This document shows positions 47,767-62,136 of a stretch of 64,000 nt of DNA, in pieces. The stretch comes from Haliotis rubra (Eukaryota), in assembly GCF_003918875.1 (NCBI RefSeq), contig NW_025767657.1:1488001-1552000 (forward strand), in the 5' to 3' direction. Positions within the stretch are counted from its first letter, which is position 1. Every line of letters begins with the position of its first letter. The notes below the pieces were generated by a model. That model was given only the letters and a program-made list of their open reading frames with translations, ran no database searches and was not told the origin of the DNA. A program made the position numbers and the translations under genes.

Positions 47767-49217
47767 TGACACTGATTGCTGATAGCGCATATTTCGAATA
47801 AATTGGAAAGAACTGCGGATTTTGAAGGGAACAGGTGGAATCAGGGTCGATAAACAGCCTGCTCTTCAGCAACTCTGATCGGGTGATCCCTTGGCTGTGC
47901 ATCCAGGTGGTTACCCACTTAACACAACACACCTTCCTTTTCAATCCCCTTGGGAGGGAATGAACTAGGGGAAAATGCTTCATGTTCTCGGCCTGCTTCA
48001 TCTGATGGGAAGCAGCAAGAGATTGCTAACCAGAGCACTATCATTTCCGACCAACACCCCATCCTTGGACGATTTCTTGGGAGTGAAGATTCCTTACAGA
48101 TCTTATTCCAAGCAGAAAATATTTATTCGAAGTCAATATGGAAACATAAGTAACACCACTCAGGTATGGAATTCAAGGTACAACATTTCTACACTTGTAA
48201 AAGACAGTTGAGGATGCAGCTGTACCCGCAAGTGGCAGCCATCAACGACTCACGCAAAGTCAATTCTTCACCTGTGGTTGAGGACACATGGTACACTTCA
48301 AAATTAAGGACTGCATCGGACTTATTGTTTGTCACTGATGCTACAAACTTGGAAATTCCCAGCACACTTCCACAAAACCTTTTGAAAGCTTTCCGAGTCT
48401 TTGAAGGTTGTAACGTTTAGGCATGAGCCATTCAGCGTTCTTTTATATCTCCTTTGGGAAATAGAAGAGACAAAACCCTTTCCACATTCATAAGAAATCT
48501 CTGACACAATCATTGTCACTGCCAATCTTTTTACATAGACAAAGGTGAAACAGACAAGGCAGTGTCACTGATCTCCCGTGTTTTCAGTTCTGGGTTACAA
48601 ATCTGTGAAAAGGATCTGGCCATTTGACCTCTTTATTGAACGAGGAGGGAAGGACAGTTGTGTGGATGCCTCTTTCTTGCCTCAAGAGTCTTACTCCCAT
48701 ATTACATATTTTGTTAGTTAACTTCAGGTGCTGCTTTCATTTTTGACAAATTGTCCTGAGTCTGTAAACACATCCTCAGATATTTGACCTCTTCGGGCAC
48801 CCCATTATATCTAAACTCAAACAAACAGTTCCTGGAATGTCCCACAATGCTATCTTAGCACTATACTTGCCACACTTGTGATATATAGAACGGAACTATT
48901 GTTTCAAGTGAATGCATTGATCCTAATACCACCCTAAACAGTATTCCAGGTGGAAGAAGACTTTAGCTGCAAGTGATCCAGTAAAAACAATTTCCACAGT
49001 TCATGATGACAAACCAAGGCTCAAGGCAGCATTTTTCTAATCAAAGACCAGCAAATCCTGGCACTGCTAAGGGCCTCAACTCTGCAAGCATGACTGAAGA
49101 GACAGACCTCCCAGTCACATTATGGTGAGTATCCACATGAAATGATCATTAAATAACAGTAAGCTATCTTGCATCTAAGGAAAAGACAACATACTCCAAA
49201 CTTTTGTTTGTCTTCAA

Positions 49218-49223
49218 TTTATT
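49218..49223 (-). terminator. Candidate distal poly(A) signal of MED13 (would imply a ~4-kb 3' UTR)
   Basis: AATAAA on the minus strand followed by a GT-rich tract; the sequence between here and the stop codon is mostly TE-poor. Confidence 0.35.
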
Positions 49224-52200
49224 TTCATGAGCTAGTATTTGTACGATATGTACTAGCTACGAAAAATAAGTTATGATCAAATTTTATTTTAAATACATAC
49301 AATCTGAGAAAAGTTGTGAAAACTGACATGATAGAGATGTACATCACAGCTTGTCATAGTGGGCTACTATTTACACGACAACTGTGAACAGTCACATCCA
49401 GCCAAAAGTAGAAAATCTCGTTCTGGAGGACATAAACAATGGAGGAATCTCTGCTGGAGCTATAATACTGGTGCTAGATGAAATAACTAGCACTTCTTCA
49501 AGTAATGTACATCACTCACCCCCTCCCCATACACCTTATAACAAACAGTACTGACACACGATATGTACATCCAGCATAGTGAAACAGGTGCCACATGTAC
49601 ATCATTAGCCATAGGGGAATAATATTGAGCATCCTATTACCCTCCGAGTAGTTAAATAACATAACAGTTGTCCGTCAACTCAGCAGAGATTTTCAACCAT
49701 AAACTTAACAATGTGAACTGGGGTTATGTTGATGTAGTTTGATTTTACATCTTTAATTGCAAATAACAAAAATATTTACAGAAATCAGATCAGTTTGTGC
49801 TGGTCATCTCTTCTTTGGCTGCAGCTGCAGCTTCAGAGGGTAACAATGATCCATGAACAATGTACACTATGACACACAAATGACATGTGGAATCCTTCAG
49901 TGTTGTCAATACAAGACCATATCATACTTAAATACACCCATATGCAAACAAGTCATTGCACATTTCAGTCATTACTATGGACTGTAACATAAGAATGCTG
50001 ACCCTTACATAATTACCCTTCCAATGAAACCGACATTGATGGACAGCGCTGTCTACTGGAATAAGGATGACAACTCAGGTAATGCTCCAGTGTTTAATGT
50101 TCTAGCATCTACAGTAAACGAAGCAACCTTAAAAAATTGTCTGGTTCGCATGTGCGATGAGGTATACATAATTCTCACCAATTTGTCACTTATTACATCT
50201 TTATAACATACTGTTCATCTGTTAACTATTCTTTACTTATATTATTAAGTATCAATATTAGAAAAATATGTGCAAGGGAAATTTGTCAGTTTTAAAAGTT
50301 GCTCAAGCAAGACCAATTTTATCTATTTTATGGATTTTTGTCATCAGAAAACCTAAAGGCTGTTTGGAATTTAGATTTTTTAATATCACCAGTCAAAGTA
50401 ATATTCCTCTGAAATACTAAAAGTATTTTACTTTTGGCAATTTATGAAGTGTATATGGAGCAAAAACAATCTAAAAATAATTTTTGCCAATAAGAATATA
50501 AGTTTATTTTTTGAGCGGGGAAAATTATTATTATTACTTTTTTCTTATTCTTGAAAAAAATATGACCAGCAGGTCCATAAAACAAGAAATAAAATTGGTC
50601 TGGCCTTAATGATACTGTTATTGGTGTTCAAGAACTGAAATTGGAAAACGTGGGAGTAGCCTTCAACGCAAATGTGAAATTAAAGAGGCTGGGGTCAGAA
50701 TTACCATTTTTTGGTTTTTAGCTGAAACAAAATGCTTCAGAGGGGTGTTTGATGACACAGGTCCTGGAAACCAGGAATATGTCTACACCTTAGTTGGACT
50801 AGTTTACTTTTGATAATACTTCAACATAACTGCACACAGAAAGGAAGTGAAGTCTCTCAAAACTTCATGCTGTTCTTATCTCTCTTTTGGCATGCATTTT
50901 TATTTAGAGTGAGTGAGTTAAGATTTAACGTCACATCGGCAATACCTCAGCCATATCGTGACGAAATTTTTACTTAGAAATAACATGGGTCGGTTGTCAA
51001 TACAAAAAAGCAGGGCTGCCAACAGATACAAGGAATAAGTATTGACCACAAAACATATCAAAGATTTACTCTATAAAGATTTGCTAGTCATTTACCATAT
51101 TTACAGAATGTAGAAGAGATGCTGGTATCACTTGCTTTAAGTGAAGGAAAGGTTATTAAGTGAAAGAATTCTCATCACATTAAAAGGAAACCACTTTCCA
51201 TTTTCAAATGATAAACAAAATTAAGAATTCATACTATTTCAAACCATTTTGGTTAAAATAAATTGCTGCGATTTTTTATTGCTTGAGTTTTGTATACAAG
51301 TCAGGTTTCAGAAAGACTTACTTTGTCTATGGTACCATGAAATAAACTCTCAAACTGATTGAATTATTTGGCAAATACCATTAGGTACTGTTAAGATACT
51401 AAAGCGTTCATTTCATACTTCATTCTCCCGCAAAAACTAACCCCTTAACTTGAGGACATGGACACTATAGTTTCAGTGATTAAATGTTTTGTCTCTGAAT
51501 GAGGTATACTCAAAACGTCGCTGAACATGTACTGAAGAAAACTACAATCAGATTCAATCCATAGTGAAGACTTGGTTTGTTTCATCTCATAAAACATCTT
51601 CAAAACGACTCTTAAGTACTCCTATAATTTAAAATATATTCACTATGGTTTATTTTCAAAAATAATTTGGGGATGGTTCAGAGGTCAACCAAATATCAAA
51701 ACTTTAGCATTATATACTCAACAATAAAAGTGAAGGACCACCCCAATTTCCATATTAAAGTATTCAGTAGTTCATAGTATGATCCATTTAGTACTTAAAT
51801 ATTGAATATTGGGTGGTCCTTAACTTTTTTTGGTTGAGTATAGATAATTTGCAAGCCTGTGATGCACAATCAAAACATTCACTTTGTTTATGCAAACAAC
51901 TTGCACTGAAATTAGGTCTGTGGTCATCAGACTCTCACAGTACAAGCTGTTCGGCACTGTTAAACCAACAGCCCTCAACACACAACAGGCAACATTTTCA
52001 GTCAATAAATGCCATGTGTTACATGAAGTATTAAATGTGCATATTCAAACTCTGTTGTAAAAGTCCTCTAAAATTTGTTTCATGCGATGAATTTCAAAAA
52101 GTATGCATGCAAAAATATTTCAGAATGCTTTTATATTTTACATTTTTAAGAAACGTCTCTAAAACGATTTATTACTTGCTTCAAAAGCGAAGACAGGACC

Positions 52201-53211
52201 TGCCTTTTATAAGCAGAATTGAACAGGATTTCCTGAATCCTGTCATAATATGTGGTTTTGATAAACGTTGTTGGTTATCACATTACTGGAACATTTTCAA
52301 TATTCCATGGGTTTGTATATTTTGATTTAAACAATCACAGGTATTGACAATCAATTGCTTTATTTGTTCAAAATATCATTCCAGATAGCTAACACCATAT
52401 TTATAGAAATAATGGCCACAAAGTAACCCATCTGTTCATAAAATACTCAACCTAAACCATTCACTAACATGTACATACATTTATGTATAGATATCGACGA
52501 ATGAGAAGATATTGAGAACTGTATTCTAGCAGGACATAGTGAACATTTGAAATAACCTGTTCATGTTTCATAGCGTATGTCATAAGTTCACAAACTTACT
52601 CTTTTCCATATGTCTGTAAGTAGGTCATCAAAATATATTTATGAAGATAGTGGGAATGAAGTGTATCTATAAAAATAAGAAACCGGGCTTGTAATATTCA
52701 CGAGTGTATTCTTCCAGTCTTTCACAGTCCATCAATGACCTTCAGTATCACAATTCAGGAATCACATTTCTGTCAGAGCACGTCCAGGTAAAGCTCCATC
52801 TTTCAGCCCCACACAGTAAGCTGAGATTGTCTTGACTGACCTTGACCTCATGACCTTGACCAATCCAGGTCGTGCCTGCCACTGGTCATAGCACTGCCCT
52901 CAAAATTCAGGAATATCCACACTGGTTCACAATAGCTGCCTCTCAGAGATAGATTTCCGTTGCTGCCATTAATTGCGGCCATTTTAGTCACATGGGAGGT
53001 ATCGTAAGTATTGGGATAACCTTTTGGGGTATTTTGGCAAAATATTCAAATATACAGACAACCAAAAACACCTTTTTTGCTAGATCTGACACGAGAATTT
53101 CCATTAAAGGAGCATCACAGCAACTCACAGCTTGATAAGGGGAAATATGGACATGACGGTCCCCTCAATTCTGGCAAGACTTTTCAGGATGCCATTTTGA
53201 CTTGGCAGTGG

Positions 53212-53344
53212 TCACACAAAGGCATTGAGGGCATGATACATCTGCATTAACACGACTAGATGAATGGGCAGACACGAGCGGCGATCATTGGTGGCTGGGT
53301 CGTACGTCAACCAGGACAGGGCGTTGTAGTGTTCCAGCACAAAC
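53212..53344 (-). CDS. MED13: MED13 last coding exon
   Basis: [44 protein letters not shown]; AG acceptor at 53346-53345. Confidence 0.95.
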
Positions 53345-53763
53345 CTGTAACAGACACACAGTGCAGCATGAGTACATTTGGAGGAATGAGTGAGTTTATT
53401 TTTACGCCACTTTTAGCAATATTGTGGCGGGGGAACACCAGAAATGGGCTTCACACATTGTACCCATGTCGGAAATCGAACACGGGCCTTCAGCATGACG
53501 AGCGAACAAGTTAACCCCACCACCCTACACTTGAGGTGAATATCCCTGACAAAATTGGTTCAATGATTGCACATAGATAATTGCAGAAAAATCGCACATT
53601 AACCTTTCCAAATTAATCAATACTCTATTTTCAGGTTTCTCTCATTTTGCACTCCAATGATGCCCTACTATTTAAGTGTTCCTAATAAAAAAAACGATTT
53701 TACAATAAAACAAAATTTGTAACAATAAAACAAAATCTATATTGTATGGCCAATATTCTCTGA

Positions 53764-53930
53764 GTGAGTGAGTGAGTTTGGTTTTACGCCGCTTTTAGCA
53801 ATATTCCAGCAACATCACGGCGGGGGACACCAGAAATGGGCTTCACACAATGTACCCATGTGGGGATTCGAACCCGGGTCTTCGGCGTGACGAGCCAACG
53901 CTTTAACCACTAGGCTACCCCACCGCCCCT
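53764..53930 (-). mobile_element. Family T tRNA-SINE, well-preserved copy in a MED13 intron (other copies ~53390, ~54960, ~55690, ~60890)
   Basis: 12-bp TSD AATATTCTCTGA at 53752-53763 and 53931-53942; intact A/B boxes; GTC anticodon-like region. Confidence 0.92.
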
Positions 53931-54197
53931 AATATTCTCTGAAGCAAGCAGGAAACATTTCACATTCTCACACATCTGTCCTACCCTGAAATTACACAGC
54001 TCATATAATCATCACTGAGAAAGTGTTTTAAACGTGAACTGAGAGAGCATTTACCACACCTGCCCTAAGTGTGGAAGTCTGTTGAGTCTAATAATATCAG
54101 TTACTTTGTGAGTGCGACCTTTCTGTACAGATTACTGTTCTGTTGTACTGTCTGACAACAGTAGGACTCACTAAAAACACTGCAAAATGCCAAGTTG

Positions 54198-54682
54198 TGA
54201 GTGAGTGAGTTAGTTACGATTTTATGTCACCTCGGCAGTATTTCAGCCATATCGTCACTGAAACAAGTTATACATTCATAATACATAACATTTAATTATA
54301 AAAACATGTCAACGGCGGACAGCAAAAACAACTAAATTATCACATGTAAAACAAGTATATAAATCTAAAACTTTTAACTATTGAAGACAATACAATATAA
54401 ACACAGACTCTATATCGCCAACAACTGAATGTAGATCACCATACTAAGCACCATGGGGACTTACAGTACTTTTGCTTCCTGTATGGACCCTAGCTGGTTT
54501 TAAAACATCACTTCAGCCGTTGGCAATTGTGCTATTTATATATTTACAATACATATTGATCAAAACTTTTCAAACAATTCAATTTCCTTTAAGAAAACAA
54601 TTACTAAATGATAATTGACCTGGTTAAAAAGATCCTTCAGTGTTTTACACTGTAATATTGATCCCTTGTGATAGAAAAGACT
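54198..54682 (-). mobile_element. Family L (I/Nimb LINE 3' end) copy in a MED13 intron
   Basis: Reverse complement of the family L UTR including the ORF2-end segment ATCACAAGGGAT...ACTGAAGG. Confidence 0.8.
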
Positions 54683-54699
54683 GTGGTGGTTGTACAAAC

Positions 54700-54806
54700 C
54701 TTAGCACATCACATGTGAGGTGGGAGTCAAGGGCATGAGAGTTGCGATCCTGAGGGTGAGGCATGAAGTCATCTTGTTTGGAGGATGAATTGATGTGTAG
54801 AGCGGC
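54700..54806 (-). CDS. MED13: MED13 exon
   Basis: AALHINSSSKQDD...SHALDSHLTCDVLR; AG/GT boundaries, phase 0 to 2. Confidence 0.92.
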
Positions 54807-55480
54807 CTAAGGACAAACACAAGCAGGTGCCATTGAATTTCCATACAACACAAAGCACCCTTAATGAGTTAATGAGTTTGAAACCAGTTGTAATACTCCA
54901 GCTATATCAAGCAACTTGTCAATAATCAAGTCTGGACTGGGCTAATTCAAGACTGTAAGAGTGGGTGAGTGAGTTGGGTTTTACGCCACTTTTTAGCAAT
55001 ATTCCAGCAATATCATGGTGGGGGACACCAGAAATGGGCTTCACACTCATGTGGGGAATTGAACCCGGGTCTTCAGTGTGACGAGCGACCGCATTAACCA
55101 CAAGACTACCCCACCGCCCCTGGCGGTGAATGGGTACCCGGTAGGTGGCAATTGTAATGTGAAAGCAAACCTTTCAGTTAATTTGGGATGAATATCCCCA
55201 TGGCACAGAGAATGCAACTGGTATGCACACTGATCTGCAGACTTGTGCACGCACTTCTACATGATGAGGATTCTTTCTTATTAATCACCCATCATCATCA
55301 TCACACCATTATCATCATCATCACACCATTATCATCATCATCACCAACACAATCATTATCATCCAATACATTTGACTACTAACACTGAGCACTAAACAGA
55401 TACAAAGCAAATGTAAACATATTTATTTTTGTGTAGTTTCCCCAAACTTTGGAACTGAGAAGTCTGTGTTTGAATCTCAC

Positions 55481-55648
55481 CTTGAAGACTGTTGGGGAGA
55501 CATATTCATTTTCTGGAGATGCAGACCAAAACCACTTGGGCAGAGGTCCTGCCCCTGCCGTGGACAACATGTAGCCCATGGCCAGGGGCTGCTGGAGCAG
55601 ATTGGGGGGTTCGTCCTGAATATCGATATTGGAGGTACCACTGTTTAG
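55481..55648 (-). CDS. MED13: MED13 exon
   Basis: [29 protein letters not shown]...PTVFK; AG/GT, phase 0-0. Confidence 0.95.
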
Positions 55649-56152
55649 CTGTAAACACAAAGCAAGCAAATAAAGAACTGCCTTCACTAGTGAGTATAGT
55701 TTTACGTCTCTTTTAGCAATATTCAGCAACATCACAGCGGAGGACATCACGGGCTGAGGACACCAGAAATGGGATTCACACATTGTGGATGTTCATGTGC
55801 TAGGGAATCGAACCCATGCTGCAGTTTCATGAATACAACAGCATGGATGAGCTTTAACCACTCCAGCAATATCATGGCAAGGACACCAGAAATGCTTCAC
55901 ACATTGTACCCCAAACATTAATATGTATAATATAATATAATGTAATATAATTAAAAATAAATACTACGAGCCTGCAGTCATAGCAACTTTAAATAAGATC
56001 ATTAAAAAAAACCTGACCCAATCTGCTTTCTCGTTTGGCACAATTGGCTATCCAAAGGACAGAAATAATCTTTCCTATCCACATATGGTATCATTTTGTG
56101 TCTAAGCATAACCATAAAATATGCATTTAACACAAAACAATCACTTCTAGAA

Positions 56153-58331
56153 TAGGGGTGAAACGGTATACCACGGTATTAGTAGATACTTCTGTATTTT
56201 GCCTTCGGTTCGGTATACCGTAATGCAATCCAAAACTTCAGGGTTTTTTCGGTTTTCGTACCGGCATTTTATTAATCATTTTAAACCTTTTCTAAAATGT
56301 CTAGAAATCGAATCATTTGGTCAAAATCTATGCATTTCTTTGCTTGACGGCCGCTATTTTCCTGGAAGTAAGTTCGAGATTGCCTCAAGTCTTCTACTTA
56401 CAAAGTCAGCAAGACAGCAAAATTCAGATACCAAATCAATAGCTGTGTTCTGTTTCTTTTCAGTTGGTTCAAATCAGAAGAACAGCAAAACATCGTAATA
56501 ACTTATTGAAGTCAACTTTATCATAAATACACACCATAAGCCAAGTACTTACGATGTTTGCTGTGATGCAAAACACCGCATTATAGTGTGGGTAAACACT
56601 GCCATCCGAAAATGTATGATGTCAGAAAAGTCATAATAAAACGATCTACCCCGATTTTTCATTTTATTTGATTAAATTTAATCCCATTTTCATTTATTAA
56701 AACTGTTTACAGTAACATTGGAGAAAACGTGTGTGAAATGACATCACCTCATTTTATACGCGTACCACTTCTGCTTACCTTGTTCATAAGGGTCCGCTTT
56801 TCAGCCTACCGCGTTAGCACCAATTTCACATTATTCTCAGCAATCACAAACAGATTACCGCCTCATCATCCATGGACCCCAAGACCCGCGTTATTGACTC
56901 ATTGAAGTCATATTTCACAATGAATTGCCAATATTGTGTTTTTACAATCAAAGAGACAGGTACCGCGGGAAGTCAACAGTGACTTGTCAAACTGTCTCAT
57001 ACGTAAAATGTATCCAGCCACGTAACCCAAAGTGCTGAACCTATGTTAATTATTATGCTAAATAGGTTCTAAGAAAACATCCATTATATTAGCAATATAT
57101 AATATCCCTGCTGCGTAGATAGATAATCCTTTGATGTTATATTTTCAGGTCATTTTTTTACTGAATCACCAGTAGATTGGAGCAAAACATGAGTACACAG
57201 CTGATTGATATTTCCAGCTTAGTTAAATAGCAGGTAGCATAACAGGAAGGACAACTGAATTATCGCGCTCAGTGATTTTTAATTTGATTGCAGGTTTCCT
57301 ATACACATATTTATTTTCATTTACAAAATGTGTTTTTTTCACCTCAGACAATACGATATAGTTTTGACTGGGCACAATACACGAAATATGTCCATGGAAA
57401 ATAATTTTTACTTGGCCTTTATTCCGGGTTATGGTTATGTATTATGCGGGTGTCTCATAGCTCGGGGGATCAGCCATGAACCTCAAGACGGGTGTTATGG
57501 CGAGGGATAACTGCAATTATGGGTATGGATCTGGTGGCTTTCCCATCACAGTTCTTATGCCTTATGTCTGTTTGTTGTTGCTACCATCTCATTGCAAGCT
57601 ATATCAGAGCAATGAACATCTAACGACCGATAAAAAGAGAAAGCAGCTTTAAAAAATACATTTCTGAGTGAACTTTAAAAGATATTTTGAATGAATCTGA
57701 AAACTGACAAAACAAAATTCTGGAATGTGCCAAGATTGTGTAGCAGTACTTTCCAAGGAGTGTGGAAACTTGAAAGTCTCGAAATGTTTAACCGACTGAT
57801 ATGAGAGATAGGCAACGATTTAATTCAAGGACAATCATCTGTCACACAGACTGTAACTGTCTTATGACTACTGTGTTGAGTTAATTTGTTTAATTTATTT
57901 ATCCGTGATATGTCATCAACAGAGTCACATTCGACAAGATCTGATTTTTAGTGTTTTTTAAGCATGAACATTTTCTGGGACGTGGTGATTTCACTGCAGT
58001 AAATGCTGATGTGATTTTAGTGACTTTTAATCATACTTGGCTACTTGCTATTTTGCCACACAGCTGTGAGCTCCAAGGTTCCAGTGATATTTTAATTCTT
58101 CTCTCTTGTCATGAAATGACAGTTTCGTTTATTCAAAATAACAAAGATTATGATTATTTGTTATTATGATTATTTGTTTCCCATGTTATTAAACAATGTA
58201 AGGTTTGCCTCTAGTTGTCAATTTTCTGAATTGTGATAATGTCTCATATACCGAACCGAAACAGACCGAAGCGAAAGCCTTGTATCACAATACCTACCGT
58301 ACCGTCATAAGAGCATACCGTTTCACCCCTA
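56153..58331. mobile_element. Non-autonomous hAT element in a MED13 intron
   Basis: 17-bp TIR TAGGGGTGAAACGGTAT / ATACCGTTTCACCCCTA; perfect 8-bp TSD TTCTAGAA. Confidence 0.92.
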
Positions 58332-58574
58332 TTCTAGAAATGAAAGTTTGTAAATGTTTTGGTAAGGTTTGGGGTTAGGGTTAGGGTAAGGGTTAGGGTG
58401 ACGTGACACTAAACAATATGGCTGGTATGTATCCGGTATTCTGTAGGTGTACCTAAGTGATAATCATGTAGTTATTTATTGGGACCCACATTGCCCAGGA
58501 ATCCCAAACAGCAATCTATCACAATTGAACAGTCCATCTCACATTTTTATAATTAGGTAATTACCACAATCTGT

Positions 58575-58804
58575 TGGTGGGTCTGTTGTTTAGCTCCACA
58601 CTCAGCAATATTCCAGCTATCTGTCTGTAAATAATCTTGACAAGACAATCCATTGATCAACAGCATGAGCATCAATCTATGCCATTGGGATACGATGACA
58701 TGTGTCAACCAAGTCAGCGAGCCTGACCACCTGATCCCTTTAGTTGCCTCTTATGACAAGCATGGGTTACTGAAGATAAATTCTAACCAGGATCTTCACA
58801 GGTT
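58575..58804 (-). mobile_element. Family S copy, full length
   Basis: TSD CCACA(A/G)TCTGT at 58564-58574 and 58805-58815. Confidence 0.88.
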
Positions 58805-58853
58805 CCACAGTCTGTACAAGAAGTGTTGACAACACAGATGACTATCAACTTAC

Positions 58854-59057
58854 AGCATTTTGTCCGTTAGAGCGCTGATCTGGTAGCCTGCCCTTGTCAC
58901 CTGGTGGAGGAGAACCATTAGGGGAGGTAACTCCTGGGTCTGGCCCGAACAGCTCGTTGAAGTTGAAATCGTTGTCCATAGTGCCAAATTCATCATAGGA
59001 CATGATTTCATCCAGCTCTAAGTGACTAGGTTCAATGGGCATCGCAGCACTGTTTAC
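58854..59057 (-). CDS. MED13: MED13 exon
   Basis: VNSAAMPIEP...SPNGSP...GQNA; AG/GT, phase 0-0; acidic low-complexity linker. Confidence 0.85.
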
Positions 59058-60172
59058 CTGTCAAGAAATCAGAACGGGTCTACAAAACCATAACAGACCA
59101 CATCCTAAAAATCATATGCATACTTAGTCTGTCCCATTAGGTTTCAGTCAGATGTAAATTTGTTATTTGAATCGTCAGAAAATCAGCACACCTCATGAAA
59201 ACTTCAAGGTGAGCTGGCGTAATGTTGCTTTGAGCGTTATTTCATTCACAACACTATGACGACAGCCCAAAGGCTTCATGTAGACCCACAAGCTCATATG
59301 TTAAACCCAGGGATCCTACCAAGGGAAAGTCTGGATCAAAAACCCTTCTGCATCTTCTCATAACTCAGAATGCAACTCTACAGAGGATGTAAGACTAAGA
59401 TATTTCATGCACCTATGACCAGGGATGTGAATGAAGTTTTGAGAAAAACTCAGAAAACTAGACGGGGGTTTAGCATCTGTTGGATTTAGACGATTCACAA
59501 AAATGACCCTTGGCCTTGTGAAATTCCTGGAATTCCAGCGGACCCAAGGAAAATTCTCATCGCTGTATGACGAATGGCCCTCTTCCGGCCGAATATTATT
59601 TCAAGAGAACCCCATAGAGTAAAGTCCCCTGGAGCGTTCTCTAAGAATATCCTATGCACAACTTGTGATTGAAATGAGTTCAGCAAACATCGACAACACT
59701 TCGTGCAACAGTTTTCGATGTACGTACGGAGCAATTGTTTACATTCCATATATGACAAGTGATCTCTGTTTCGAAGCTGTTCACCTTGAAGTTTCAATTA
59801 TTGATTTCAGGCAAGTTGTAAGGGATAATAAGTCTTTTACTGGATCAACAGGTAACTATAGTGAGTGCATATGCCCCAATACCTATAAAATAGGTCAAAA
59901 TATTGTCGAAAATGTGTGACATTGTGCCTTTAAGAAATAGCACTGCAACTTACAGGAATTGAAACAAAAACATGTAACAACATGGGACAAGTTATATTTC
60001 AGTTTAATGACATGTGGTTTCTTTATTTGTGCTTGTAAATTATAATTCAGTGCAAATGACCAATCTTTCTCTTGTACATTTGTGATAGGACACAGCAATA
60101 GAAAAAATTCATAATGGTACAGCACTGTTTTATAGAATTCTGTAAGCGGAACATCCTGACATGTTGACTGAC

Positions 60173-60438
60173 CTGTGCTGTAGCCGAGGTAGGAAAGACG
60201 AGGATGTGGGATGTCGAAGCATCCCGGGGGGTCTGGAGGGGGCAGTTGCTGCTGGGCTTCTCCTCCATCTTGAGGGCGTCGGCCATCACCTGGAAGCTGG
60301 GTTGCGCCTCCAAGGACACCAGACATGCACTGAGGATACTGGGGTTTTCACTGGACAGGTAGGAACACTGGTTGCAGACATCTCGCATGTGCTTGCTCAC
60401 GTACGCAAGGTTCTTCTTGCTGATGATACCAGCCCAGC
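60173..60438 (-). CDS. MED13: MED13 exon
   Basis: WAGIISKKNL...PSILSACLVSLEAQPSFQVMAD...TPRDASTSHILVFPTSA. Confidence 0.95.
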
Positions 60439-60696
60439 CTGCAAAAGGAATAAAAAGATCTCATAAGAACATGATGATCATCAGACACTGAATTGTCCAC
60501 TTTGGTAAGTCCAAGACTGCCAGTAAAAAGAAACCACAAATAACAGAAACTACTCACTTTGAACTACATCCAACGACAACAAGAAAATTTGACTTTCATT
60601 GACCTGATGCATCCAGATATATTGCTACTTTCCACCATCTTGGAATTATATGCTAGAAGAGTTACTTCCCTTAGACCTGAAAGTTGAAGTCCGTAC

Positions 60697-60839
60697 CTTT
60701 AAGTTCTCCATGACCAAGACGGCCAAACCTGCCTATCACAAGCCTGGCAGGTAGCGTTGTCATGGAAACAATGCCAAGAATGTAGTCAAATAACTTCTGC
60801 AAGCCAACTTTCCGAGCTGATGCCTTTTTCCTCCGGCTC
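60697..60839 (-). CDS. MED13: MED13 exon
   Basis: [15 protein letters not shown]...[16 protein letters not shown]. Confidence 0.95.
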
Positions 60840-61133
60840 CTGAAAGATCCATTTGCAAATAGTTATAAAGAAATCACACAACATTGAGTGAGTTTAGTTT
60901 TACACCGCTTTTAGCAATATTCCATGAATATCACGGCTTGGGACACCAGACATGGGCTTCACACATTGTACCAATGTTGAGAATAGAACCCGGGTCTTCA
61001 GCAAGATGTGCAAACACTTTAACCACTTGGCTACCACAACAGAGTATAATCTACATGAATTAGAGAATAGTTGGTAATCGAACCAAGAATCTCCACAAGT
61101 CACTTAAAAAAAAGATCTGGGACATGTTCCTAC

Positions 61134-61357
61134 CTGTTTGGTATTTCAATATTAATGACACAGGTCTCCATGAGTTCTCCCCTCTCGTCTGTACAAGCGG
61201 CCAGCAGCCAGCGCTGGTCTTCCGACAGACAGTAGGCACAGAACAACACGTTGGACTTCTCCGTCTTCTCCCCACAACACTCCGCCAGTTGGCTCTGCTT
61301 GTCCCGCACTGGCGCCAGCACAAACGGGGGACTGTAAAGGCGTGTGACACAATTTTC
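61134..61357 (-). CDS. MED13: MED13 exon
   Basis: [10 protein letters not shown]...[40 protein letters not shown]. Confidence 0.95.
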
Positions 61358-62136
61358 CTGTGGGAGAGAAGAGATTTGATAATACAATATAAACATAGAA
61401 TAGAACCTTAAACATGCTCTCAAGTACCAGTACACTTGATTTAATATCAGTAAATTTCAAAACTGTCCTAAAGCAGTTTGCTATTTTAGCCACTGGTTCT
61501 GGAACCAAAGCCTTCTAAAATTCTGTATGGCTAAGTAAGATCAGCTAAAAACAACAACAAAAATCACACAAATATCTTTTTTAAATTATCCTGAAAACAA
61601 CTTTTGGGAACCTACAGTTTTCTAATTTGGTGATTCTAATCTAAGCTTTATTATCAAATGCTGCTTTCAGCGATTTTCCATCAATAATGTTGCAGCCTAT
61701 GAAGAATGCCAGGATTACTGTGAAGAACAATCCATCCCAGTACATGTAACATCGTACAGGTAAGTACTTTGAGGCTTGTTAAACGCCGTACTCTGTAATA
61801 CTCCAGCTATACAACGATGGTCAGGCCCTGGTTTCACAAAGCTAACTTAGCACTATGACCGTCTTAAGTACATATTAAACTATAGGAGTTACAACAGCTG
61901 TAACATACCAATCACTTTGTGAAATGGGGCCCAGGATCAGACAATACAGTGATACGATGACAAGTGTCAGTCATGTCAGCGAGTCTGACCACCCAATCAA
62001 GTTAATTGCCTTTTATGACAAGCATGGGATGCAGAAGACAAATTCTAATCTGGACCTTCACAGGTTACATCAAAGGAACAGCAGCTTTGCAATATTCAAG
62101 GTATATGTCCTGCAGACCTGCGTCAGGTAAACTGAC

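Larger units (their letters stand above)
45800..48950 (-). mobile_element. Highly degraded L1/Tx1-like LINE ORF2 relic
   Basis: Decayed motifs in the expected order: GVRQGCPLS-like (~47060), YADD-like (~46845), QSRTLSLTG (~46100); carries MITE and family S insertions. Confidence 0.4.

Noticed and set aside
53764-53930. tRNA-Asp gene
   Set aside because: No proper acceptor stem; attached body, tail and TSD show it is a SINE
60756-60769. Perfect X-box GTTGTCATGGAAAC
   Set aside because: Lies in a MED13 coding exon (VSMTT codons), far from a promoter; also a reminder that single X-box matches can occur by chance
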